Position numbers and translations under genes: made by a program
The notes under the pieces: model-generated
What the model saw: only the letters and a program-made list of their open reading frames with translations
Databases searched by the model: none
Told to the model about the DNA's origin: nothing
Assembly: GCF_001194135.2 (NCBI RefSeq)
Contig: NC_068997.1
Location: 14,697,716 to 14,744,181 of the forward strand
Direction of reading: 5' to 3'
Source: Octopus bimaculoides
Taxonomy: Eukaryota
Length of the DNA stretch: 46,466 bases
Shown: positions 23,591 to 34,502 of the stretch, one piece after another
Position numbering within the stretch: position 1 is the stretch's first letter
Layout: the number at the start of each line of letters is the position of its first letter

Positions 23591-24524
23591 TGTATGTGTC
23601 TGTATGTGTGTGCATGTGTGCATGCATGTGCAGCATGGAATTGAATTGTCCAAGTATTTATAACAAAGTTTAAGATGTATCCAATGTTATTGGTAGTGGG
23701 ATGTCAAATAAATAGCAAATCTAAGAGCGTCAAGAATATTATTCCATTATAGTTTCATCCCTCAAATTATTCAAGAATAAGACTGGAAAATTAGCACAAT
23801 AGTGTAGATATCTAGTTAAATATAAGGTCTGTGGAATTGTAGGAGGGAATATAATTCAAAGAAAAAGAGGAAGAAAGGTTATTCCTATACAATATTTGGG
23901 AAGGATTTAAAAGAAACTATAAAAGTCAAAATATATAACTATCATTTTGCACAGAATTCATGTTCTTAAACTGTTCTGGACTGTCAGTGTAGATGTTATA
24001 TAGTTGAGTATTATGAATTAGCGTTCATTGGAATGTATACAGCTTTATAATGGTAATTGGAAAAGAGAAGAAATACAAATAGTCTCTTTGGGTATTGTGA
24101 TTCTTTTAATGTGAAGTAAGGTGACTTTGTTGCAAACAAAATTATGCAGATTCCACAATTCAACAAATCCAAATGAATGCCCATCGGAGTGACGATGCAA
24201 AACCAAAAATATCATTTACACAACTCTGCTAAACATGAATAATATTTCAAAATCTTGTATTGAACTTACATTAAACTCTTTCAAAACCCAGTATTCACAG
24301 CATCTCCACTCAATTCAAAGCTAACCCTCTAAAATCCAGGTGCATAAGTTTATCAATCTACATATAAAGTGTGAAGGCATGTGGCTTTTGACTCGGTCTC
24401 TTAATTTCTTCGACTGAAATTTCATTGATTACTATGAGTGGGATGTAGTTGAGAAAGACACCAATCACTCCGCCTGAAAACTACACACACACACACACAC
24501 ACATAAATATACTTATGTATGTAT

Positions 24525-24665
24525 GACCAGCTTCTTTTAGTTTCAGTTTACCAAATCTCTCGCAAGATTTCGATTAGCTATAGGCTATAGTAGAAGATAC
24601 TTGCTCAAGGTACCATACAGCGGGACAGAACTTGGAATCATGTGATTGATAAGCAAGCTTCTTTC
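24525..24665 (-). mobile_element. SINE family B head, diverged
   Basis: GCTTCTTTTAGTTTCAGTTTACCAAAT...GGCTATAGTAGAAGATACTTGCTCAAGG. Confidence 0.75.
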
Positions 24666-25045
24666 AAAATTAGTTTGCCAGTTTGACCCTACAAAATTTC
24701 AATAATAAAAACAGTTCAGCCACAAGGTTTAGTTCTATTGTAAAATGTATTCTATTTTACAGATAATTCACTGGAAATATTCAGTCAAGGAAATAAGGGC
24801 AAGAATAAAAACGAAAATGAAGAAAACAGGGTATGGGAGGGTATTTAGGCATAGATCTTTGAGCATGGGAGGTGTTAGTGTGTTCATAAAATAAATAACA
24901 AAAATACCACTACTCCTAGTTCATCAAAATCAATTACTTAAAATCCTTTTGTTCTTGATTCAAACATAACAATTACCAAGAGTTTAGTTCTACTTCTGCT
25001 CCACCTCTTTCAATATTACCAGCACATTAGAGGTTAAAAGTGACA

Positions 25046-25082
<37 letters not shown>

Positions 25083-25106
25083 TCAATCTGTTCCTCTTTC
25101 TTTCAG

Positions 25107-25175
25107 AACTATGAAGTTGATTAAACCAAACAACCGCCAGAGAATGCAACAGCAATGTGAAAGGCGAAGGAAACG
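25107..25175 (+). other. Candidate 69-nt exon
   Basis: Strong acceptor (ctgttcctctttctttcag) and donor (ACG|gtaagc). The open frame reads TMKLIKPNNRQRMQQQCERRRKR. No homology recognised. Confidence 0.35.
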
Positions 25176-27034
25176 GTAAGCTTGGTGTTGTGGCAGGGCT
25201 GTGGTGGGGTGTTGATGAGGTTTAGCATGGTGTAGTGCAGAATGGTAGAGAGCGGTGCACTTTGGTATGGAACGGTATCGGTGTGGTGTGGAATGGCATA
25301 GCAGACAGGAATTACTTTATAAAAGAGTGATTATATTCAAAAGGGTAAAACTTTATTTAGTCTTAGATATTTTAGAGTTAACATTAACATTGTTGTTGTT
25401 GTTATTATTATTATTATTTTTTTTTTTTTTAACGGAAGAAAATACAAAACAGAAAAAGGAAAGGAAAACAAAAAAAAACACTGCACCACCAACAACGACA
25501 ACACATTGATAAAAAGCCAAGTACAAATGAAAGTGAAAATGAGAAGAAAAAATGGTAAAAAAAATTGTAAAAAAAAAGAAAGAAATATAAGATGAAAGAG
25601 TAAATTCTTGTTGTTGGTGATATTATTATTTTCTTTAATGTTTTTTTTTGTTTGATTTTTCTGTTTTCTATATCTTTTGCTAATACAAATTGGTTCTTAA
25701 TTTTCTCCATCTGTATAATAACCATAATTCCAAGTCAACATTTATAAAGAAGATCCTTTTTAATCTTCAAAATACCTTGTTACAGAAGTTTTAGTTTCTT
25801 TACAGCTTTTTTGGTTTTGTTTTTGTTTTATTACTTTTGTTCTTGTTTTATATTTAATGTTTTATTATTGTATCTATTCTCCTTATATTTTAGTTTTTTT
25901 TTTTTCTAAGAAAGATGAGGAGGAGGGGAGGTTGAATAATTAGAGAAACAAATGAATAAAAATGACAACTATTCATATACATATATATATATGCATATAT
26001 GTACATACATATATATATGTGTATATATATATGTATGTATATATATATAGGTATATATAGGTACGTGTGTGTGTGTAAATATATATATATATGTATATAT
26101 ATGTATATATATATATATGTATGTATATATATGTATATGTGTGTGTATATATGTGTGGTGCGTGTGTATGTATGTATATGATGTATAATATATAATAACC
26201 AAGTTATTTTTTTCTCTTTCCCTTAATCAGAAAATCACTTTTGATTTTTTTTTTTTTATCTAAGTAGGCATGTGTGTATAGATTCATATATGACAGTATG
26301 AAATTTCTGTGTATGTGAGTGTATATGTGTGTGTGTGCATACGAGTATGTCTATGAGGGAGGGAGCATTTTTTTGATATTGTAATTCTAAGTTGAACATT
26401 GATGAATTCATTAGCCATCGCTGGCCAAGTGCCATCGAGGCAGGCAATTAGTGGCACTATGTTGGTTAACTCCAATTACCTATTGAATTAAGCAGGTTAC
26501 CAGAGCAACATCTAATGTTGCCTATCTTACACACACATACATGCGCACACACACATACACACGCACACACACATATATGTATATAAGTGTGGGAGAGAGG
26601 GAAAGGGTGAAAATGNNNNNNNNNNNNNNNNNNNNNNNNNNNNNNNNNNNNNNNNNNNNNNNNNNNNNNNNNNNNNNNNNNNNNNNNNNNNNNNNNNNNN
26701 NNNNNNNNNNNNNNNNNNNNNNNNNNNNNNNNNNNNNNNNNNNNNNNNNNNNNNNNNNNNNNNNNNNNNNNNNNNNNNNNNNNNNNNNNNNNNNNNNNNN
26801 NNNNNNNNNNNNNNNNNNNNNNNNNNNNNNNNNNNNNNNNNNNNNNNNNNNNNNNNNNNNNNNNNNNNNNNNNGCACACACACATACACACGCACACACA
26901 CATATATGTATATAAGTGTGGGAGAGAGGGAAAGGGTGAAAATGACGAGGGCAAATGATGTAGTAATTTTACTGCAGTAACTGTTGCTTTCTTTTTATAC
27001 CTGCTGCAGATGATGCTGTTGATTTGCAATTGTT

Positions 27035-27480
27035 ATTCCTCCTCCTCCACCTCCTCCTCCTCTTCTTCTTCTTCTTCCTCCTCCCTCTATTCTTCTTCTC
27101 CTTCCTCCTCTTCCTTCTCCTCTTCTTCTTCTTCTTCCTCTTTTTCCTCCTCCCCACCTCCTTCTTCTTCCTCCACCTCCTCTTCCTCCTCTTCTCCTTC
27201 TTCCCACCCCCTCTCTTCTTCCTCCTCCTTCTCCTCCTCTCGCTTCCTCCTCCTTCTCCTCATCTTCTTCCTCCTCCTGTTCCTCCTCCTTCTCCTCATC
27301 TTCTTCCTCCTCCTGTTCCTCCTCCACTTCCTCCTCTTCTTCTCTCCTCTCCTCCTCTTCTCTCCTCTTCTCTTTTCTCGTCTTCTCTCCTCTTCTCCTC
27401 TTCTTTCCTCTCCTCCTTTTCCTCCACCGCCTCCTCCGCCTCTTCTTCTTCTTCCTCCTCCTTCTACTACTTCTCCTCCT
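27035..27480. repeat. Long polypyrimidine (CTT/CCT/CTC) low-complexity tract
   Basis: Direct reading; it explains the poly-E/R/S/L ORFs. Confidence 0.95.
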
Positions 27481-27886
27481 GCTATTCTAATACTGCATCT
27501 ATTTGTTTTTTTTTGTTGTTTTTTCCCGTATTATATCACTGCTTCCTTTGACAGGCAATATGGACACATTATTAGAACGGTCACATATACTAACGAAGAA
27601 ATTAACCATACCAAGGATTGCTGCTGTTCTGAGTTCTTTTAGCCCTGAAAGACCCCTTGCATCTCCTGACTCAATAACCCCTTATATGAACAAATAGAAT
27701 TTCAAGACAATATAATAGTTAGCACTCAAATCCTGAAGACTAGGTTCTATGGCTTGGTAGTTCTAGCTTCTTACAGGAAATTAGAAGAGAGTTAAACATC
27801 TCCCTGGATGAGATGTGAGCCTCTCTCAAGTAGCATTCCTTGATAATCTGGGCTATGTGATATATACATTAATATTAAATATAAGT

Positions 27887-28043
27887 GCAGGAATGGCTGT
27901 GTGGTAAGTAGATTGCTTTTCAACCACATGGTTCTGGGTTTAGTCCCACTGTGTGGCACCTTGGACAAGTGTCTTCTGCTATAGCCTCGGGCTGACCAAA
28001 GCCTTGTGAGTGGACTTGATAGACAGAAACTGAAAGAAGCCCG

Positions 28044-28080
<37 letters not shown>

Positions 28081-28285
28081 CTTGTGTGCCTGTGTTTGTC
28101 CCCCCACCATCACTTGACAACCAATGCTGGTGTTTTTACGTCTACATAACGTAGCAGTTCGGCAAAAGAAACTGATAGAATAAGTACTAGGCTTACAAAG
28201 GATAAGTCCTTGGGTTGATTTGCTCGACTAAAGGCGGTGCTCCAGCATGGCCGCAATCAAACGATTGGAACAAATAAAAGAATAT
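27887..28285 (+). mobile_element. Full-length tRNA-derived SINE family B with a central (TA)n
   Basis: Head GGAATGGCTGTGTGGTAAG...GGGTTTAGTCCC, central (TA)n, 3' half as at 6765. It resembles described octopus tRNA-SINEs; the exact family name needs a library search. Confidence 0.9.
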
Positions 28286-28323
28286 AAAGTAACAAACTAA
28301 GGGAAGTAATTCCGTCTGTCTAT

Positions 28324-28421
28324 AAACCAAAGCTCTGAAGAGACTTATATAAGTGGATAGGAATTGTTTATATGTCAAGTAATGTATATAAGTCGAAATA
28401 AATTGTGGACTCTTTTGGTTT
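28324..28421 (+). ncRNA. Degenerate type I hammerhead ribozyme motif
   Basis: CTGAAGA 28335-28341; perfect 10-bp stem II (28342-28351/28385-28394); GAAA 28395-28398; stem I arms AAACCAAA 28324-28331 and TTTGGTTT 28414-28421. Stem III and the cleavage triplet are decayed. Confidence 0.65.
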
Positions 28422-28525
28422 TTTAATGATTTTTTTGTATTGCCTTATATTATATTATATTCATAGTATATTATGTTATATCAAAATATGAATAAATCAT
28501 TGGATTGTCAATTGAATCTCTCTAA

Positions 28526-28577
<52 letters not shown>

Positions 28578-28735
28578 GAATAATATTAGGGACAATATAT
28601 ATATATAGATATATATATATATATAAATATATAGTTTTAGAGCCATGAAAATCAACAGTCACATATAGAAAAATTAATAAGTAAAAGCACGATAAATAGG
28701 TATAATATAATACAAAGTAAATATCATAAGATAAA

Positions 28736-28835
28736 GACAATAAAACGACTACACGTGTTTCATAACCAAATTTTCAAATAGAAAATAATAAATATTCAAA
28801 TTGATTAAAATTGACTCAGAATTAAAACGTTTATT
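28736..28835 (-). ncRNA. Strongly degenerate type I hammerhead motif with an intact 3' half
   Basis: The - strand reads GAAA-C-ACGT-G-TA-GTCGTTTTATT at 28761-28739. A decayed CTGAGTC and an AATAAACG arm lie upstream at about 28813-28835. Confidence 0.4.
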
Positions 28836-29104
28836 AGAGAGAAGTCTCATGAAGATATTACGTAAAGAAAAATGATAGAATAAAGAGATATAAAAACGTG
28901 AATGAAAGTTTTATTATGAATGAAAGAATCTATGATTATAATTATATAATTTAAATCTATAATTACTTAGATTTTTACGTTCAATAAAATGTTTACAATA
29001 TAGTTAATTGTTTTATTATGATTTAAGTTATATAAAGTTTAATCTTTCAATCTCTAAAGTCAATCCCTACTCCCTTTCAGGGTATGTAAGCCTTGTAGGT
29101 TGCA

Positions 29105-29365
29105 TGGTGACCCCAACAATGCTGGTAGTATGGAAAAGGCACATGGTATGCTCAATAGAATGGTTGGCAGCAGGAAGTGCATCCAGCCATTGAAACTCTG
29201 CCAAAACAGACAATCGGATCATGACACCATCCCTGGCCGGACACACTGGATCGAGTGAAATCGTCCAACCCATACCAGCAAGGAATGTTACTAAATGATG
29301 ACGACAACGACAACGATGATAATAATAATGATGATGACAATGACAATGATGATGATGATGATGAT
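29105..29365 (+). mobile_element. SINE family A copy with (GAT/GAC/AAT)n tail running into a gap
   Basis: TGGTTGGCAGCAGGAAGTGCATCCAGCC...TCGTCCAACCCATACCAGCAAGGAA. Confidence 0.75.
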
Positions 29366-30640
29366 NNNNNNNNNNNNNNNNNNNNNNNNNNNNNNNNNNN
29401 NNNNNNNNNNNNNNNNNNNNNNNNNNNNNNNNNNNNNNNNNNNNNNNNNNNNNNNNNNNNNNNNNNNNNNNNNNNNNNNNNNNNNNNNNNNNNNNNNNNN
29501 NNNNNNNNNNNNNNNNNNNNNNNNNNNNNNNNNNNNNNNNNNNNNNNNNNNNNNNNNNNNNNNNNNNNNNNNNNNNNNNNNNNNNNNNNNNNNNNNNNNN
29601 NNNNNNNNNNNNNNNNNNNNNNNNNNNNNNNNNNNNNNNNNNNNNNNNNNNNNNNNNNNNNNNNNNNNNNNNNNNNNNNNNNNNNNNNNNNNNNNNNNNN
29701 NNNNNNNNNNNNNNNNNNNNNNNNNNNNNNNNNNNNNNNNNNNNNNNNNNNNNNNNNNNNNNNNNNNNNNNNNNNNNNNNNNNNNNNNNNNNNNNNNNNN
29801 NNNNNNNNNNNNNNNNNNNNNNNNNNNNNNNNNNNNNNNNNNNNNNNNNNNNNNNNNNNNNNNNNNNNNNNNNNNNNNNNNNNNNNNNNNNNNNNNNNNN
29901 NNNNNNNNNNNNNNNNNNNNNNNNNNNNNNNNNNNNNNNNNNNNNNNNNNNNNNNNNNNNNNNNNNNNNNNNNNNNNNNNNNNNNNNNNNNNNNNNNNNN
30001 NNNNNNNNNNNNNNNNNNNNNNNNNNNNNNNNNNNNNNNNNNNNNNNNNNNNNNNNNNNNNNNNNNNNNNNNNNNNNNNNNNNNNNNNNNNNNNNNNNNN
30101 NNNNNNNNNTTTTCATATCTTGCCAGTATTCGAATGTATTTTGCACAAGTAAACTATAAAACCAACAAACATTTTCGAAGTATAAAAGAAGAAGAAATAC
30201 TAAAAAAAAAAAGAAAAAAAGAAGGAAAGATAACATATCTAAATCATGGCTTTGTAGCTTCGGCAATTCCTGAAATCCCAGAGCAGACATGAAAGCAAAA
30301 AAAAAGAAAAAATAAAATATCAAAAGAAAAAAAAAATATTAAAAGAAAAGAAGGAAAAAAAATCAGGCAAAAAAAAATAGTTCTTTAATTTTGGTAGTTG
30401 CATATGAGGTGAGGTTTGCAGTGCACAAGAATTGATAAGATATCAGGCAGTTAGTTTATGGCGCTTGTGAAGTTACATCCTATAACATAGATTGCAAGGT
30501 ATCTATAGACAAATAATCTGAAGTCTGCTCTCTCTGTTGCAGCCAAAACAAACCAAAGCATATGGCCAAGATCTAAACAGAACAATCACACAGAAAAGTC
30601 ACTTCACTTCATACCAATTTCAAAAAGTTTAAGCACATAT

Positions 30641-30681
<41 letters not shown>

Positions 30682-30684
<3 letters not shown>

Positions 30685-30887
30685 CGAGATCGTTGCCAGT
30701 GCCCCTGGACTGGCTTGTGCGGGTGGCACATAAAAGACACCATTTCGAGCGTGGCCGTTTTCGTGCGGGTGACACGTAAAAGCACCCACTACATTCTCTG
30801 AGTGGTTGGCGTTAGGAAGGGCATTCAGCTGTAGAAACTCTGCCAAATCAGACTGGAGCCTGGTGTTGCCATCCGGTTTCACCAGGC
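30682..30887 (+). mobile_element. SINE family A internal fragment
   Basis: High similarity to 43610-43830. Confidence 0.9.
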
Positions 30888-31696
30888 ATCTACCACTTGT
30901 GTACACTTGTGTACTTTGATTTCACTATGAATATTTCCAAGACGGCAACTCAGAAAGGTCCCTTATGCAGTATGACAATTTGCCTAGGAAGTTCTACATG
31001 AAATCAGGGCTTTCAGAAACAGTTCTGTCTAGATCAAGTAAACCAAATCCACTCACAAGTCTTTGGTCAGCTCAAGNNNNNNNNNNNNNNNNNNNNNNNN
31101 NNNNNNNNNNNNNNNNNNNNNNNNNNNNNNNNNNNNNNNNNNNNNNNNNNNNNNNNNNNNNNNNNNNNNNNNNNNNNNNNNNNNNNNNNNNNNNNNNNNN
31201 NNNNNNNNNNNNNNNNNNNNNNNNNNNNNNNNNNNNNNNNNNNNNNNNNNNNNNNNNNNNNNNNNNNNNNNNNNNNNNNNNNNNNNNNNNNNNNNNNNNN
31301 NNNNNNNNNNNNNNNNNNNNNNNNNNNNNNNNNNNNNNNNNNNNNNNNNNNNNNNNNNNNNNNNNNNNNNNNNNNNNNNNNNNNNNNNNNNNNNNNNNNN
31401 NNNNNNNNNNNNNNNNNNNNNNNNNNNNNNNNNNNNNNNNNNNNNNNNNNNNNNNNNNNNNNNNNTATATGTATATATATATATATATATATTAATGAGT
31501 ACAGGCGTTATACACGAATTACTTAGAGTTTCATACTCACTTAGTGAAGTAATCAAAGAAACTTGCCCATTCGAATACCGTACTTTGATGAGAGTTGAAG
31601 TAGTTCATGCATAGCATTTGTATTCATTAAATGATAAATACATTTCATTGGATTGTGTACTTTTAGGCTGATTTGACCAATAATCAAATAGTACAA

Positions 31697-31699
<3 letters not shown>

Positions 31700-31763
<64 letters not shown>

Positions 31764-31777
31764 GGATAGATAAATAA

Positions 31778-31811
<34 letters not shown>

Positions 31812-31852
31812 GAACAGACAGATAGCTAGACAAATAGATAGCCAGATACATG

Positions 31853-31916
<64 letters not shown>

Positions 31917-32030
31917 TAGACAGGCAGATAGTCAGATAGATCGATAGACAGACAGACAGACAGATAGATAGATAGATACACACACACACACACACATACA
32001 CACACACTTACATATGTATACACACATATA
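31700..32030. repeat. Compound (GT)n-(GA)n-(GATA)n-(GACA)n-(CA)n microsatellite
   Basis: Direct reading. Confidence 0.95.
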
Positions 32031-33671
32031 TATGTATTTACAGCTATCTGACATAACACTGCACACTTTCACACATACAGAGATGTATATAAATATATTT
32101 TTTTTCTAACCAGGTTTGTAGAATGTCTTTGCTGAAAAATTCCCTCTCTAAATCATGTTATATTCTACTGTTCTTATTTATTGGCAAATTCAACAACTAT
32201 TTTTCTTTTGCGCTTCACACATTCTCATTATCATTTCCAGATCTAAGCATCAACTATTGCTTACCAAACTTATTGTGTGGTGCACTGCAAACCAAACTCC
32301 CACAGTCTAAATAATTGCTTAATTTCCAAAGCGGTTCAATAAAAGAGAACAGACCTTCTCTTGGCTAAGATGAAGAGTGGAAAAGTTGCTTTCTTTTTGG
32401 AAACTAAATCCAAACATGTGAGCAGGTCAGAGATCCCTAAACCAATTATGTTGAGAGAAATCTATGAAAAGAATCTTTCTTCTTTTCCTCTGGGGAAAAA
32501 AGAATGTTTGTATATTTGCAGCATATGATGTTTCCGAATGTCTTCGTTATTATTCAAGTGGTGGAGTCGGTGGTGTTTGAGTAAAGTGCGTGTGTATGTG
32601 TGAGTGTGTGTGTGTGAGTGTGTGTGTGTGAGTGTGTGTGTGTGTGTGTGGTGGGGTAGGGGAGGGATGAACGTTTGTGGGGGGAGGAAAGAAAAGAACG
32701 GAAAAGGCAGAAAGGAAAGAAAGAGGAGGAAAAGTGAAAGAAGTGGAAAAGATAAAATAACAAGACGACCGTATGNNNNNNNNNNNNNNNNNNNNNNNNN
32801 NNNNNNNNNNNNNNNNNNNNNNNNNNNNNNNNNNNNNNNNNNNNNNNNNNNNNNNNNNNNNNNNNNNNNNNNNNNNNNNNNNNNNNNNNNNNNNNNNNNN
32901 NNNNNNNNNNNNNNNNNNNNNNNNNNNNNNNNNNNNNNNNNNNNNNNNNNNNNNNNNNNNNNNNNNNNNNNNNNNNNNNNNNNNNNNNNNNNNNNNNNNN
33001 NNNNNNNNNNNNNNNNNNNNNNNNNNNNNNNNNNNNNNNNNNNNNNNNNNNNNNNNNNNNNNNNNNNNNNNNNNNNNNNNNNNNNNNNNNNNNNNNNNNN
33101 NNNNNNNNNNNNNNNNNNNNNNNNNNNNNNNNNNNNNNNNNNNNNNNNNNNNNNNNNNNNNNNNNNNNNNNNNNNNNNNNNNNNNNNNNNNNNNNNNNNN
33201 NNNNNNNNNNNNNNNNNNNNNNNNNNNNNNNNNNNNNNNNNNNNNNNNNNNNNNNNNNNNNNNNNNNNNNNNNNNNNNNNNNNNNNNNNNNNNNNNNNNN
33301 NNNNNNNNNNNNNNNNNNNNNNNNNNNNNNNNNNNNNNNNNNNNNNNNNNNNNNNNNNNNNNNNNNNNNNNNNNNNNNNNNNNNNNNNNNNNNNNNNNNN
33401 NNNNNNNNNNNNNNNNNNNNNNNNNNNNNNNNNNNNNNNNNNNNNNNNNNNNNNNNNNNNNNNNNNNNNNNNNNNNNNNNNNNNNNNNNNNNNNNNNNNN
33501 NNNNNNNNNNNNNNNNNNNNNNNNNNNNNNNNNNNNNNNNNNNNNNNNNNNNNNNNNNNNNNNNNNNNNNNNNNNNNNNNNNNNNNNNNNNNNNNNNNNN
33601 NNNNNNNNNNNNNNNNNNNNNNNNNNNNNNNNNNNNNNNNNNNNNNNNNNNNNNNNNNNNNNNNNNNNNNN

Positions 33672-33808
33672 GAGGAGAAGGAGGAGGAGGAGAAGGAGGA
33701 GGAGAAGAAGAAGAAGAAGAAGAAGAAGAAGAAGAAGAAAAAGAAGAAGAAGAAGAAGAAGAAAAAGAAGAAGAAGAAGAAGAAGAAGAAGAAGAAGAAG
33801 AAGAAGAT
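33672..33808 (+). repeat. (GAA)n / (GGA)n tract at the edge of a gap
   Basis: Direct reading. Confidence 0.95.
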
Positions 33809-34009
33809 AATGTAATTTTTGTGCATTCTGTAAGATGTCCATGTGGTGAAGGTAGTTAGTCATGAGATTCCTGTCACTTTGGCAACTGTGTTTGGAAAGA
33901 CAGAACCTTACCAATTCTATGTTGTTGCCATTTTTGTTGGAAAATCTGGAACTTAAAAACCTAATTGGTTATGCTTACATATATATACATACATACATAC
34001 ATACATACA

Positions 34010-34430
34010 TAGAGGAGCAAAGATATGTACCATCTTAGAGGTTAACTGCCCTGCAGATATAAGCATCTCTTTGAAAATCAAAGAAAAAGAGGATATCTCT
34101 GGACAACTGCTTCGAAACATCCAGCTTCTATATCCAGACTACGAATTCATATTCATACCAATTAATAACTGGAGCACTGGGTTTTGTTAGTAAATGCTTA
34201 AAGGAGAATCTGGAGAAACTGGTATTTTCAGAAAGAGAAATCGACTGGCTAATTCGTTCGTACATTACAAGTGCAATCTGTGAGTGGAACAGTAAAAATA
34301 TGCAAAACTTTTATCAAGTTCCAAATGTAAATTTGTCTGTGTAAATTAAAGATGGAGCCTTGTATCTTTGTTGCAAACCAGCTCCCTCCTCAGTGGAAGA
34401 TTTATAATAATTCAGAAATAGAAGAGACAC
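34010..34430 (+). mobile_element. 5'-truncated RLE-type (R4-like) LINE: endonuclease C-terminus, stop codon and 3' UTR
   Basis: EEQKICTILEVNCPADISISLKIKEKEDISGQLLRNIQLLYPDYEFIFIP/ITGALGFVSKCLKENLEKLVFSEREIDWLIR/TLQVQSVSGTVKICKTFIKFQM*, with two frameshifts. Confidence 0.85.
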
Positions 34431-34431
34431 A

Positions 34432-34458
34432 TTATTATTGTTATTATTATTATTATTA

Positions 34459-34502
<44 letters not shown>
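34432..34502. repeat. (ATT)n microsatellite between two LINE 3' ends
   Basis: Direct reading. Confidence 0.95.

Noticed and set aside
28850-29060. Possible decayed Penelope RT coding on the - strand
   Set aside because: Extreme AT richness and many stops; motif matches are not convincing.
31490-31600. Possible further - strand hammerhead (GAAA-C-TCTAA-G-TA with a hairpin upstream)
   Set aside because: No CUGAnGA in register and stem I is poorly matched; too degenerate to call.
32265-33945. Two - strand exon-like segments (32265-32306 and about 33912-33945) with gtaag donors
   Set aside because: Acceptors are weak and no peptide is recognisable; such matches are expected by chance in AT-rich DNA.
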